DNA of 64,000 nt, taken from contig JAZRTY010000033.1 of assembly GCA_045652245.1 (NCBI GenBank), forward strand, positions 75,863-139,862, written 5' to 3'. Positions 49,420 through 58,781 of this stretch are shown piece after piece. The notes under the pieces are model-generated. The model made no database searches and was not told where the DNA came from. It saw only the letters and a list, made by a program, of their open reading frames with translations. The translations under genes and the position numbers were made by a program. Numbering within the stretch: position 1 is the stretch's first letter; each line of letters begins with the position of its first letter. Source of the DNA: Eubacteriales bacterium. GTDB taxonomy: Bacteria; Bacillota; Clostridia; Oscillospirales; CAG-382.

Positions 49420-50439
49420 ATGCTGTTTATCGTTTTGCTTTCAATGTACATTTGTCCGACAATAATAAAAAACAGCGTAGAAAAAGCACTAAGTACCTGC
49501 TATAATGTACTTATACCGTCGGTCTTTCCATATCTTGTAATAACAAGGATTTTATCCGAGTCGATAATAAAGTATATTCTGACAAGCAGCAATAAATTTG
49601 CCCATAAAAGCTCATTTGTCGTTACAATTGCAATTTTCATCGGACTTATATCAGGCTTTCCGAATGGCGCTATAATAGCAACAAGACTTTACGAGTTAAA
49701 AATTATTACAAAAAAGGATGCAGAAAAAATTGTTGCTCTTTCTGACTGTATAAGTCCGTCCTTCTGTATAATTTACTTCGGCAAATATATACTGAACAAT
49801 ACTCTTTGTGCAGTACTTATATTTCTTTCAATAATGGTATCAAATCTATGTACCTTGCTGATTTTTGGAAAAAATAAAAGTTATACCATAACTCTAAACA
49901 ATAAAAATATATCTTTTTTAAGCTTGCCTCAGTTAATCTGTGATTGCTGCAGAATTATGCTGGATATTTGTGCATTCGTTACTTTTTTTATGTGCATGGG
50001 GAACCTGATTATTACTTCTTTTTCCTTATACTTTAGTTTATCACCTGTTATTATATCGTCAGTTATATCTCTGCTAGAAATCACCTGTGGTGTTATGAAC
50101 ATTTATACTCTGGAATTTTCAAAGCAAGTGCTTTTCGGCTGCTTTTTTTTCTCCTTCACCGGTTTTTGCGCAATTACTCAGGTTTCGGCTATTTGTGAAA
50201 GAGCCGACATACCTGTAAAAAATTATTTATTATCAAAAATTCTCTGTTCATTATTAACTCCAATAATTTTTATCCTGCTAATAAAAATTATTCCGGAGGT
50301 CTATCTTGTTTCACTATTTGGCAGAAGAAATAAAGTATTGATTGCAAGAACATTCTTTTTAACAGCCTTAATTCTGTTTACCGTAACAGTTTCAAGAGTT
50401 GCCAGAAGAAATAAATCAAACAAATATATTAAAAATTAA
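49420..50439 (+). CDS. Integral membrane protein, YlbJ-like (nucleoside-recognition/Gate domain)
   Basis: Polytopic. The N-terminal ALSTCYNVLIPSVFPYLVITRIL pattern fits the family. Confidence 0.45.
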   Translation: MLFIVLLSMYICPTIIKNSVEKALSTCYNVLIPSVFPYLVITRILSESIIKYILTSSNKFAHKSSFVVTIAIFIGLISGFPNGAIIATRLYELKIITKKDAEKIVALSDCISPSFCIIYFGKYILNNTLCAVLIFLSIMVSNLCTLLIFGKNKSYTITLNNKNISFLSLPQLICDCCRIMLDICAFVTFFMCMGNLIITSFSLYFSLSPVIISSVISLLEITCGVMNIYTLEFSKQVLFGCFFFSFTGFCAITQVSAICERADIPVKNYLLSKILCSLLTPIIFILLIKIIPEVYLVSLFGRRNKVLIARTFFLTALILFTVTVSRVARRNKSNKYIKN

Positions 50440-50458
50440 ATTTATTTTAAAAAAACAG

Positions 50459-50487
50459 TTGAAATTTGCAAAAGATTGTGGTAAAAT
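50459..50487 (+). promoter_or_regulatory. Sigma-A promoter with an extended -10
   Basis: TTGAAA, 17-nt spacer ending in TGG, then TAAAAT. Confidence 0.55.
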
Positions 50488-50517
50488 ATGTTTCAATGAA
50501 ATTCAGGAGGGTAAGTG

Positions 50518-50718
50518 ATGTTTAAAATTTCAAACGAGATTTCTAAGTGCTGTGCGTTGTGTGAACACTCTATGCGTCTCGATTTTAAATCACAATACAT
50601 ATGTAAATACAAAAACAGCATCGCAGAAGTAAAGCCTGACGACTGCTGCAGGCATTTTGAGTTTGATTTATTAAAGGTCGAGCCTAAGCCTAAGAAAAAA
50701 TATACTTTTGATATTTAA
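50518..50718 (+). CDS. Small Cys-rich hypothetical protein
   Basis: AGGAGGG RBS 7 nt upstream. CCALCEH...CKY...CCRHF. Confidence 0.5.
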   Translation: MFKISNEISKCCALCEHSMRLDFKSQYICKYKNSIAEVKPDDCCRHFEFDLLKVEPKPKKKYTFDI

Positions 50719-50734
50719 TTTGGAGGAAATTGAA

Positions 50735-51697
50735 ATGACAAACGTAGAACAAAAGCTATTTGAAACAGGTATTATCCCGGTTGTGGTAATTGACAGAGTT
50801 GAGGATGCACTCCCCCTTGCAAAAGCACTCCATGATGGTGGAATCATGGCAGCCGAAGTTACCTTCAGGACCGATGCAGCACCTGAAGCTATCAAGCTTA
50901 TGTGCGACAATTTCCCTGATATGCTTATCGGAGCAGGTACTGTTTTAACTACTGCTCAGGCAGACAAAGCAAAAGAAAACGGTGCTAAATTTATCGTAAG
51001 TCCCGGACTTAACCCGGAGGTTGTTCAGCATTGTATCAAAATAGGGGTTGAAGTTGTACCGGGCGTTTCTACAGCTTCCGAGATCGAAAAGGCAATGTCC
51101 CTCGGACTTAAAACCGTTAAGTTCTTCCCTGCTGAAGCTGCAGGTGGAATACCAATGCTTAAATCACTTTCAGCACCTTATAAGAATATAAAATTTATGC
51201 CGACAGGTGGTCTTTCCGAAAAGAACTTCAATGATTATCTTGCTCTTGATTGCGTTCTTTGTGCAGGTGCAAGCTTTATCGCAAGCTCAAAGCTTGTGAA
51301 GGAAGGTAATTTTGCTGAAATCACAAGAATCGCCAGAGAAACAGTAAAGGCAATGCATGGCTTCAAGGTTGTTCATGTAGGTATCAATGCAGGTAATGCA
51401 GATAATGCATATTCAATAGCAAACAGTTTTGCTCCCTTCTGCCTTGAAATCACCAAGGACAACGAGGGTGGAATGTTCCTTAACAAGGATATTGAAATCA
51501 TGAAAAAGCCTTGGTACGGCGAAAAGGGTCACATTGCTATCGCTTGTAACAACATCAAGCGTGCTGAAGCATATTGTAAATCACAGGGTGTTAAGTTCCT
51601 TGAAGAATCTAAAAAAATTGATGCAAAAGGAAATTACAAGGCTGTTTACATCGATGGCGATATTGCAGGTTTCTCAGTACATCTTATGCAAAAATAA
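50735..51697 (+). CDS. eda: KDPG/KHG aldolase (Eda) with a C-terminal extension of about 115 aa that looks VOC/glyoxalase-like
   Basis: GIIPVV...GAGTV...VKFFPAEAAGG...PTGG. The ATG at 50735 follows GGAGG. Extension: HGFKVVHVGINAG...GHIAIACNN...AGFSVHLMQK. Confidence 0.8.
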   Translation: MTNVEQKLFETGIIPVVVIDRVEDALPLAKALHDGGIMAAEVTFRTDAAPEAIKLMCDNFPDMLIGAGTVLTTAQADKAKENGAKFIVSPGLNPEVVQHCIKIGVEVVPGVSTASEIEKAMSLGLKTVKFFPAEAAGGIPMLKSLSAPYKNIKFMPTGGLSEKNFNDYLALDCVLCAGASFIASSKLVKEGNFAEITRIARETVKAMHGFKVVHVGINAGNADNAYSIANSFAPFCLEITKDNEGGMFLNKDIEIMKKPWYGEKGHIAIACNNIKRAEAYCKSQGVKFLEESKKIDAKGNYKAVYIDGDIAGFSVHLMQK

Positions 51698-51702
51698 AAT
51701 CT

Positions 51703-51733
51703 ATGTCCGACAAGTAATTGTCGGACATTTTTT
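51703..51733 (+). terminator. Intrinsic terminator after eda
   Basis: ATGTCCGACA / TGTCGGACAT followed by TTTTTT. Confidence 0.8.
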
Positions 51734-51745
51734 AAGGGTGAAATA

Positions 51746-52264
51746 ATGAATAACATTCAAATTATTAAAGAAGCATACTTAATTTTAAATAAAGAAACAC
51801 CACTAAAACATGATTGCGGGAAGCTTTGTAATTCTCTTTGTTGTCGTGATAACGGCGAAGGTCTTGGTATGTGGCTGCTTCCTGACGAGAAGGAGCTGTT
51901 GAAGAAATACAACACCTACACCTTTCACGAAAGCTGTGATGGAACTGAAACGGTAGTTTGTAATGGTAAATGTAACAGAAATATGCGACCATTTGCGTGC
52001 AGAATATATCCATACTATCCAAGCCTTAAAATGAGTGAAGATGGCTATATTGACATTCAAATTAAAGTTGACCCGAGAGCAAGACTTACCTGCCCGATTG
52101 CAAGATACAACAGTAAATACAGAGCAAATATCTTCTTTCTTTCAAACCTGAAGCATTCTGTCAGAGTTCTGTTAAAAAGCCCGGAGATTACAAAGGAACT
52201 CTTCGAAATCAACGATTTTCTTTCTGAAATTGAGGAAATGCAGAATAAATTTCTGAATTTATAG
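51746..52264 (+). CDS. Cys-rich hypothetical protein (YkgJ/UPF0153-like metal-chelating motif?)
   Basis: CGKLCNSLCC near the N-terminus, with further Cys pairs. Confidence 0.4.
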   Translation: MNNIQIIKEAYLILNKETPLKHDCGKLCNSLCCRDNGEGLGMWLLPDEKELLKKYNTYTFHESCDGTETVVCNGKCNRNMRPFACRIYPYYPSLKMSEDGYIDIQIKVDPRARLTCPIARYNSKYRANIFFLSNLKHSVRVLLKSPEITKELFEINDFLSEIEEMQNKFLNL

Positions 52265-52379
52265 AGTATTTCTGTCCAAAATTTTACTTTTATTAATTTT
52301 TCTCTTGAAAAAAAAGTGATTTTGTTATATAATATATTAAATATATTAAAAGAGAACATTATGTTCGGAAAGGATATAA

Positions 52380-52817
52380 ATGAACAGACATACTGCCAGA
52401 GAAATAACTCTATGCCTACTCTTTAATTTCAGCTTCAATACCGAGGAAAAACCCGAGGAGCTTCTTGAACTATATATAAACTATTTTCCCGATGCTGAAA
52501 ACGGAATTATTCCTGAGGACATCAGGAACGATAACTATATTTCAAAGACATATTTTGGAGTAACGCAGAAAATTTCCGAGCTTGACTCTTATATAGAAAA
52601 CGCTTCCGAAAACTGGAAACCGGAAAGAATTTCACGAGTTTCCCGTTCGATTTTGCGCCTTGCAATTTATGAAATTTTGTACATCGAGGATATTCCGGAA
52701 AAGGTTTCAATTAATGAAGCAATAGAGTTAGCAAAGCGCTTTGATGAAGATAACAGCTATATATACGTTAATGGTATTCTGGCAAACGTTGTCGCCGGCA
52801 AAGAAATAAAAGAATAA
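52380..52817 (+). CDS. nusB: Transcription antitermination factor NusB
   Basis: RHTAREITLCLLF...; RLAIYEILY; INEAIELAK. Confidence 0.9.
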   Translation: MNRHTAREITLCLLFNFSFNTEEKPEELLELYINYFPDAENGIIPEDIRNDNYISKTYFGVTQKISELDSYIENASENWKPERISRVSRSILRLAIYEILYIEDIPEKVSINEAIELAKRFDEDNSYIYVNGILANVVAGKEIKE

Positions 52818-52826
52818 TTACCTGTT

Positions 52827-53786
52827 ATGGAAAAATACTATTTAGGTATAGACACAAGTAATTACACAACCAGCCTTTGTATAACCGACGGGCAGAATAT
52901 TATATCTGAAGAAAGACAAATTCTTGATGTAAAAAAAGGAGAATCCGGGCTTCGTCAGAGCGATGCCCTCTTTCATCATACAAGAAATTTACCAATTCTT
53001 TGCAGTAAACTCTTCTCAAACAGCAGCATTGACAGAAGTAAAATTTCTGCCGTAGGAGTTTCCTCCGTTCCCCGTGATGCGAAGGACTCTTATATGCCCT
53101 GCTTTCTTGCAGGAGTTTCCTTTGCTACGGCATTTTCTTCAGCACTGGATATTCCGCTGTATACATTTTCACATCAGGCAGGACACATTGTTGCAGCAGC
53201 TGTTTCGGGAAATTGCGAGAAAATTCTTGAAAATAATTTTATTTCCTTTCACGTTTCGGGAGGTACAACAGAGGTTTTACATGTAAATCCGTGTGATGGA
53301 AATTTATCCTGTGAAATTATAGGTGGAACACTTGACCTTAATGCAGGTCAGGCAATTGACAGGTGCGGCGTAATGCTTGGACTTTCTTTTCCATGCGGAA
53401 AAGAAATGGACATACTGTCTCAAGCTTCACCTTCACACTTTAACCCGAAGGTTTCGGTTAAGGGTACATATTGCAACTTATCGGGACTTGAAAATATCTG
53501 CAAAGAAATGAATAACAAGGCTTATAGTGCTGAGGACATCTCAAAATTTGTATTCTCTTATATCGCAAGTACTCTTAAAAAAATTACAGAGAATTGTAGA
53601 CGTACTTATTCTGATATACCGGTTTTATACGCAGGTGGTGTGATGTCAAATACTTACATCAGAAATGAGTTATCCGGCTTATCAAATGTACACTTTGCTC
53701 TTCCCCGCTATTCTTGCGACAATGCCTTTGGAATTTCAATGCTCGCTTATTATAAACACAATTCTTTACTTAATTATAAGAGGTAA
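52827..53786 (+). CDS. Kae1/TsaD-like (peptidase M22 family) protein
   Basis: YLGIDTSNYTTSL, HQAGHI and ASKHA-fold length. Confidence 0.55.
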   Translation: MEKYYLGIDTSNYTTSLCITDGQNIISEERQILDVKKGESGLRQSDALFHHTRNLPILCSKLFSNSSIDRSKISAVGVSSVPRDAKDSYMPCFLAGVSFATAFSSALDIPLYTFSHQAGHIVAAAVSGNCEKILENNFISFHVSGGTTEVLHVNPCDGNLSCEIIGGTLDLNAGQAIDRCGVMLGLSFPCGKEMDILSQASPSHFNPKVSVKGTYCNLSGLENICKEMNNKAYSAEDISKFVFSYIASTLKKITENCRRTYSDIPVLYAGGVMSNTYIRNELSGLSNVHFALPRYSCDNAFGISMLAYYKHNSLLNYKR

Positions 53787-53788
53787 TA

Positions 53789-55012
53789 ATGTCACAGAAT
53801 CTTACTTTAACTGTCTCACAGCTGAATGAGTATATCGGTGCAATTATTGATTCTGCAGAGCTACTTTCAAGTATTTATGTAAAAGGTGAAATATCAAATT
53901 TTACAAATCATTATAAAAGTGGTCATTTCTACTTTACTCTGAAAGACGAGAACTCTTCTCTGCGTGCTGTTATGTTCAGGTCAAATTCTTCCAGAGTCAA
54001 ATTTTCACCCGAAAACGGTATGAAGGTCACAGTTCATGGGAGAATTGCAGTATATGAAAGAGACGGGATTTATCAATTATACTGCGATGAGCTTGTACCG
54101 GACGGAGTCGGTGCATTATATCTTGCATATGAACAATTAAAAGAAAAACTCTCAGCACAGGGACTATTTGATGACAAATATAAAAAAGCAATTCCGAAAT
54201 ATCCGCAGAAAATCGGTATTATAACCTCTCCTACCGGTGCTGCAATTGCTGACCTTACAAATATTCTTACAAGACGCTACCCAATATGTGAGCTTGAGCT
54301 ATATCCTGCACTTGTTCAGGGAGACTCTGCACCACAGAGCCTTATAAATGGCATTTTATACTTTGATGGAAAGGTCGATACAATAATAATCGGCAGGGGT
54401 GGCGGTTCGATTGAGGACCTATGGGCTTTTAATGACGAAGGACTTGCAAGAACCATATTCAAATGCAAAACTCCTGTAATTTCTGCAGTAGGACACGAAA
54501 TCGATTTTACAATCTGCGATTTTGTTTCCGACCTGCGTGCTCCTACCCCGTCAGCAGCTGCAGAGCTTGCTGTTCCTGACAAGGAGGAAATAATTGAAGG
54601 TCTAAATAATTTTCAAAAAAGACTTGAGTATGCACTTCAAACAAATATTACTCAGAAAAAAAACATAATTTCAGGAATTGCAAGCCTTTCATTCTTTAAA
54701 TCGCCCTTGAATTATATTGATAAAAGGAAAAGTGATTTACTAAACATAGAAATTCTCTTGAATAATTCCTTTAAAAGCATTTATGAACGAAAAACCAATC
54801 TTTTAGTGAGACAAAGTGCAAAACTCGAAGCTCTCAATCCCCTTTCTGTCCTGTCAAGAGGCTATAGTGCAGCCTACAGCGAGGATAATAAGGTTATAAC
54901 CTCAGTAAACCAACTGAAAACCGGTGAAAAAATCAAGCTATCAATGTCGGATGGTGAAGTAATATCCACTATTGATGAAATTATTAAAAATTCAGAAAAA
55001 GAGGACAGATAA
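53789..55012 (+). CDS. xseA: Exodeoxyribonuclease VII large subunit
   Basis: LTVSQLNEYI, OB fold, IIGRGGGSIEDLWAFN. Confidence 0.95.
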   Translation: MSQNLTLTVSQLNEYIGAIIDSAELLSSIYVKGEISNFTNHYKSGHFYFTLKDENSSLRAVMFRSNSSRVKFSPENGMKVTVHGRIAVYERDGIYQLYCDELVPDGVGALYLAYEQLKEKLSAQGLFDDKYKKAIPKYPQKIGIITSPTGAAIADLTNILTRRYPICELELYPALVQGDSAPQSLINGILYFDGKVDTIIIGRGGGSIEDLWAFNDEGLARTIFKCKTPVISAVGHEIDFTICDFVSDLRAPTPSAAAELAVPDKEEIIEGLNNFQKRLEYALQTNITQKKNIISGIASLSFFKSPLNYIDKRKSDLLNIEILLNNSFKSIYERKTNLLVRQSAKLEALNPLSVLSRGYSAAYSEDNKVITSVNQLKTGEKIKLSMSDGEVISTIDEIIKNSEKEDR

Positions 55013-55014
55013 AC

Positions 55015-55224
55015 ATGGCAACAAAAAACGAAAAAATTACATTTGAAGCAGCACTTGAAAGATTGGAAGCTATCACCAAGATGCTTGAGGATGGTAATAT
55101 AACTCTTGATAATTCCCTGGATTTATATAAAGAAGGAATTACGCTTATTAAATCCTGCAATAAAATGCTTGAGAGTGCTGAAAACAAGATAAAAACCGTA
55201 AACAAAAGTAGTTTGGAGCAATAA
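55015..55224 (+). CDS. xseB: Exodeoxyribonuclease VII small subunit
   Basis: FEAALERLEAITKMLEDGNITLDNSLDLYKEG. Confidence 0.9.
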   Translation: MATKNEKITFEAALERLEAITKMLEDGNITLDNSLDLYKEGITLIKSCNKMLESAENKIKTVNKSSLEQ

Positions 55225-55229
55225 AAGTA

Positions 55230-56141
55230 ATGGATAAAAAAATTACCGATATTCTTTCGGAATTTGCGCAAAACTTTAACAGGGAGCTTTCTGAATTTTC
55301 AAAAGAATTCAGGAACAATCCCCTTTACAATACTGAGATGTCCGCTGTATTTGACGCATTTGATTATTCTCTGCTTTCAGGCGGAAAAAGACTTCGTGCA
55401 TTTTTGGTATATACCTTTAATAAGCTCTGTGGTGGTAAACAAGAGAACGCGCTCCCTCATGCAATCGCAATTGAGATGATACATGCATACTCACTTATAC
55501 ACGACGATTTACCCTGTATGGATAATGACGATTTAAGACGAGGTAAACCTACAAATCATAAGGTATATGGCGAAGCTACAGCACTCCTTGCAGGTGACGC
55601 ACTTCTTACTGAAGCTTTTTCTCTTATTTCAAATGCAAATATCACCGAAAGGGCGAAGCTTGATTCTATACGCCTCCTATCTTGTAATGCCGGTATTTTT
55701 GGTATGATTGGCGGGCAGGAAATTGACTTAAAAAGCGAAAATAGTAATATTTCTCTTGAAACTCTGATTTTATTACAAAACAGAAAAACAGGTAAACTCT
55801 TTGAAGCTGCATGTCTTCTTGGTTGTATTTCTGCAAATAATTATGATAAAAATATTACTGCAGCTGCATCATCCTTCGCTGCTTCCTTCGGACTTGCATT
55901 TCAAATTACAGACGATATCCTCGATGTAATCGGAGAAACAGAAACGCTCGGAAAAAGCGTTGGAAGTGACGAAAAAACTCATAAATCAACCTTTGTTTCG
56001 CTGCTTGGAATTGACGGTGCGAAAAATGAGGCACTAAAGCAGGTTGCTTCAGCAAAAGACGTACTGAAATCTGCATTTTACGAAGCTGACATTATACCGC
56101 TGTGTGATTTATGTGATTACTTAATAACAAGAAGGAGTTAA
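55230..56141 (+). CDS. ispA: Polyprenyl (farnesyl) diphosphate synthase
   Basis: LIHDDLPCMDNDDLRRGKPT and FQITDDILD. Confidence 0.9.
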   Translation: MDKKITDILSEFAQNFNRELSEFSKEFRNNPLYNTEMSAVFDAFDYSLLSGGKRLRAFLVYTFNKLCGGKQENALPHAIAIEMIHAYSLIHDDLPCMDNDDLRRGKPTNHKVYGEATALLAGDALLTEAFSLISNANITERAKLDSIRLLSCNAGIFGMIGGQEIDLKSENSNISLETLILLQNRKTGKLFEAACLLGCISANNYDKNITAAASSFAASFGLAFQITDDILDVIGETETLGKSVGSDEKTHKSTFVSLLGIDGAKNEALKQVASAKDVLKSAFYEADIIPLCDLCDYLITRRS

Positions 56142-56143
56142 AC

Positions 56144-56599
56144 TTGAAACTTATTAACGATATAATTAGCAACCTTCCACTTGTTGCTGCATTTCTTGCC
56201 TGGTTTATTGCTCAGATTATAAAGCTGTTTTTTGATCTTATCCAAAATAAAAGAATAAAGCTTTCTCTCCTTGTCTCATCTGGAGGAATGCCCAGCTCAC
56301 ATACCTCTTCTGTTTGTGCCTTAACGACAGTAATCGGTATTCAGAACGGAGTCGCATCACAATTATTTGCAATAGCCTTCGTTTTCAGTATTATTGTAAT
56401 GTACGATGCCATGGGTGTAAGGCGGGAAACCGGCAAGCATTCGGAAATTCTTAACAACCTGATAAATGACATTCTTGACTACAAGCCCGAGTATTTCCAG
56501 AAGAATCTCAAGGAACTTGTCGGACACACACCATTTCAGGTTTTATGTGGTGCGATATTGGGAGTCGTTACTGCTATTATTTTGAATAATATTTATTAG
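56144..56599 (+). CDS. Divergent PAP2 family (YuiD/DUF212) membrane protein
   Basis: SGGMPSSHTS...YDAMGVRRETGKH. TTG start. Confidence 0.75.
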   Translation: MKLINDIISNLPLVAAFLAWFIAQIIKLFFDLIQNKRIKLSLLVSSGGMPSSHTSSVCALTTVIGIQNGVASQLFAIAFVFSIIVMYDAMGVRRETGKHSEILNNLINDILDYKPEYFQKNLKELVGHTPFQVLCGAILGVVTAIILNNIY

Positions 56600-56620
56600 T
56601 TTTATATTTTAAACTCAATG

Positions 56621-56657
56621 CCACCACCACGGATTTTTAACTGTGGTGGTCTTTTAC
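56621..56657 (+). terminator. Intrinsic terminator
   Basis: CCACCACCAC / GTGGTGGT followed by CTTTTAC. Confidence 0.6.
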
Positions 56658-56798
56658 TTTTGTCAATATGTTATATAACTTAAGAAGCAGACAGATTGCA
56701 TAGAAATTACACAATTATTTCAAAATACTATTATTGAATGAATAATATACCTGAAATTACAAAGTCTATAGATAGATTTTAAAACAGGAGGTAATTAT

Positions 56799-57464
56799 AT
56801 GTTTAAACACGAAAAAATGCTTTTTCATCCGGTAGGTGTCGAAAAACCGAATCCTCAATATGCTGTACTGCTTCAGGAACAGCTCGGTGGTGGAAACGGT
56901 GAAATGAAAGCTGCTATGCAATATATGTCACAGAGCTTTCGTATCAAGGACCCTGAAATCAAAGATTTGTTTCTTGATATAGCAGCCGAGGAACTCGGTC
57001 ATATGGAAATGGTTGCTCAAACCATAAATTTACTCAACGGCCATGATGTAGATGCAACGCAGGTACAGGCAGGAGAAATACAAACTCACGTTCTTTTAGG
57101 TCTGAATCCAGGTCTTATAAATTCATCCGGCTACTCCTGGACAGGTGATTATGTAACAGTAACAGGAGATTTGTGTGCAGATATCCTCAGTAACATTGCA
57201 TCAGAGCAGCGTGCAAAGGTAGTATATGAATATCTATACCGCCAGATTAACGATAAAAAAGTAAGAGAAACAATAGATTTTCTCCTGAATCGTGAAGAAG
57301 CACACAACCAGATGTTCAGTGATGCCTTCAATAAAGTCCAAAACAGCAGTTCAAACAGAGATTTCGGAACAACGAAGGCTGCTAAAATGTACTTTTCCCT
57401 TTCAGACCCCGGCCCGAATACCTTTGCAAATAATGAAACGGTTGCCCCGTCTTTTAATAAGTAA
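56799..57464 (+). CDS. Manganese catalase family protein (CotJC-like paralogue, full length)
   Basis: GEMKAAMQY, AAEELGHME, EQRAKVVYEYL, NREEAH. Confidence 0.85.
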   Translation: MFKHEKMLFHPVGVEKPNPQYAVLLQEQLGGGNGEMKAAMQYMSQSFRIKDPEIKDLFLDIAAEELGHMEMVAQTINLLNGHDVDATQVQAGEIQTHVLLGLNPGLINSSGYSWTGDYVTVTGDLCADILSNIASEQRAKVVYEYLYRQINDKKVRETIDFLLNREEAHNQMFSDAFNKVQNSSSNRDFGTTKAAKMYFSLSDPGPNTFANNETVAPSFNK

Positions 57465-57483
57465 GAATATAGTTATTTTAAAA

Positions 57484-57511
57484 GCCTCAGAATCAAATTT
57501 GATTCTGAGGC
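57484..57511. terminator. Bidirectional terminator
   Basis: GCCTCAGAATCA / TGATTCTGAGGC 12-bp stem between convergent genes. Confidence 0.7.
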
Positions 57512-57540
57512 CGTTACATTTTTTATGTAATATCAAATTA

Positions 57541-58377
57541 TTACTCAAGTTGTTCTCTTCGCACCTGCTGTCTGTCCCCTGTCCTCGGGCAATAATATTG
57601 AGCTTTTTCATTATCCGAATGTTCAAGTCTGTAAGTCTCATCACCAATTACAAGTGATTCAGGGAATCTAAAGCCTTTTGGAGAATCTGACGAACCACCA
57701 CCGGAGCCTGATTCCGGTTCAGACGGCATGTTTAGCCTCCTAATTCGTTCCATTCTAAGATCTTCTGCTAAATTTCTGAGTGCTTCGCCTGAGAAAAATG
57801 AGAAGAAAAAGCTTGTTACAAAATGAAAGCAATTCCATGCAATATAGGTAATCTGACAAAATAAAAGTGCAAAGAATACAAAATAAAGAAGGCTGCCATT
57901 TCGAGGTTCGGCAAGACCTATCAATCTTCCGAGCAGTTCAAATCCCTGACCGATAATCATTCCTATACCCAAACTTTTAATATATCTTAACCACATATAT
58001 CTTACAACATAAAACCCAAACATTTTCCAAAAAACAAAAGTACGAAAAATCAAGGCTGCTATAAAAGGTAATGTGAAAAAAAGAATAAGCTCAATAGCCA
58101 TTTCATCAAGATACTGTAAATTATAAAGAAAATACATTGGTAAAGAATAATATGCTTCTTCAACAAACGGGTTTCCTGCAAAAAACAGGAATCCAAGTAA
58201 TCTGCAAGTGTGAGTCCAATGTGCAGTCTTAAAATTACACAATTCCCCTATTACGACATCAGATTCCTTGGCATATTTGGGGAATGTAAGAAAATTAAGA
58301 TAATAAAGTCCCGTTCCAACTAAAGCAACAGCTGCTGCAATTAAAAGTCTAAAAATAAAATCCAGTGAAAAAGTCAT
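57541..58377 (-). CDS. Hypothetical polytopic membrane protein
   Basis: Long ORF with multiple hydrophobic segments and a Gly/Ser-rich linker near the C-terminus. No recognised motif. Confidence 0.5.
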   Translation of the reverse strand: MTFSLDFIFRLLIAAAVALVGTGLYYLNFLTFPKYAKESDVVIGELCNFKTAHWTHTCRLLGFLFFAGNPFVEEAYYSLPMYFLYNLQYLDEMAIELILFFTLPFIAALIFRTFVFWKMFGFYVVRYMWLRYIKSLGIGMIIGQGFELLGRLIGLAEPRNGSLLYFVFFALLFCQITYIAWNCFHFVTSFFFSFFSGEALRNLAEDLRMERIRRLNMPSEPESGSGGGSSDSPKGFRFPESLVIGDETYRLEHSDNEKAQYYCPRTGDRQQVRREQLE

Positions 58378-58555
58378 ATAAGTCCTCCGATATAATGAAA
58401 TAAAAATATTTCAAAACTGGAAATCAGCATTCGATATTTTATCGGCATTTCGCCACAGTACGAATGTTCATAACGTGTCAATGTTTAACGCGTGAACAAA
58501 AATTGAAATAAAATAAGAACCTCGGTACGCGATAATGCGTGTCGAGGCTCTCGAC

Positions 58556-58642
58556 TGGTGCGGGTAGCAGGACTTGAACCTGTACAGTATTGCTACCACT
58601 AGAACCTGAATCTAGCGCGTCTGCCAATTCCGCCATACCCGC
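58556..58642 (-). tRNA. tRNA-Leu (anticodon CAG)
   Basis: The reverse complement GCGGGTATGGCGGAATTGGCAGACGCGCTAGATTCAGGTTCTAGTGGTAGCAATACTGTACAGGTTCAAGTCCTGCTACCCGCACCA folds as a class II tRNA with a long variable arm. Confidence 0.9.
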
Positions 58643-58781
58643 ATATCAATTATACTGTCTGTATTCATAATACAAACATCAAATTATCCAGGTTGGTAAA
58701 GTGCTGTTTTACCAACCTGAAAATTATGTATTTATTTTATCACATATTTTGAAAATAGTCAAGATATTTTCAAAAAATAAA

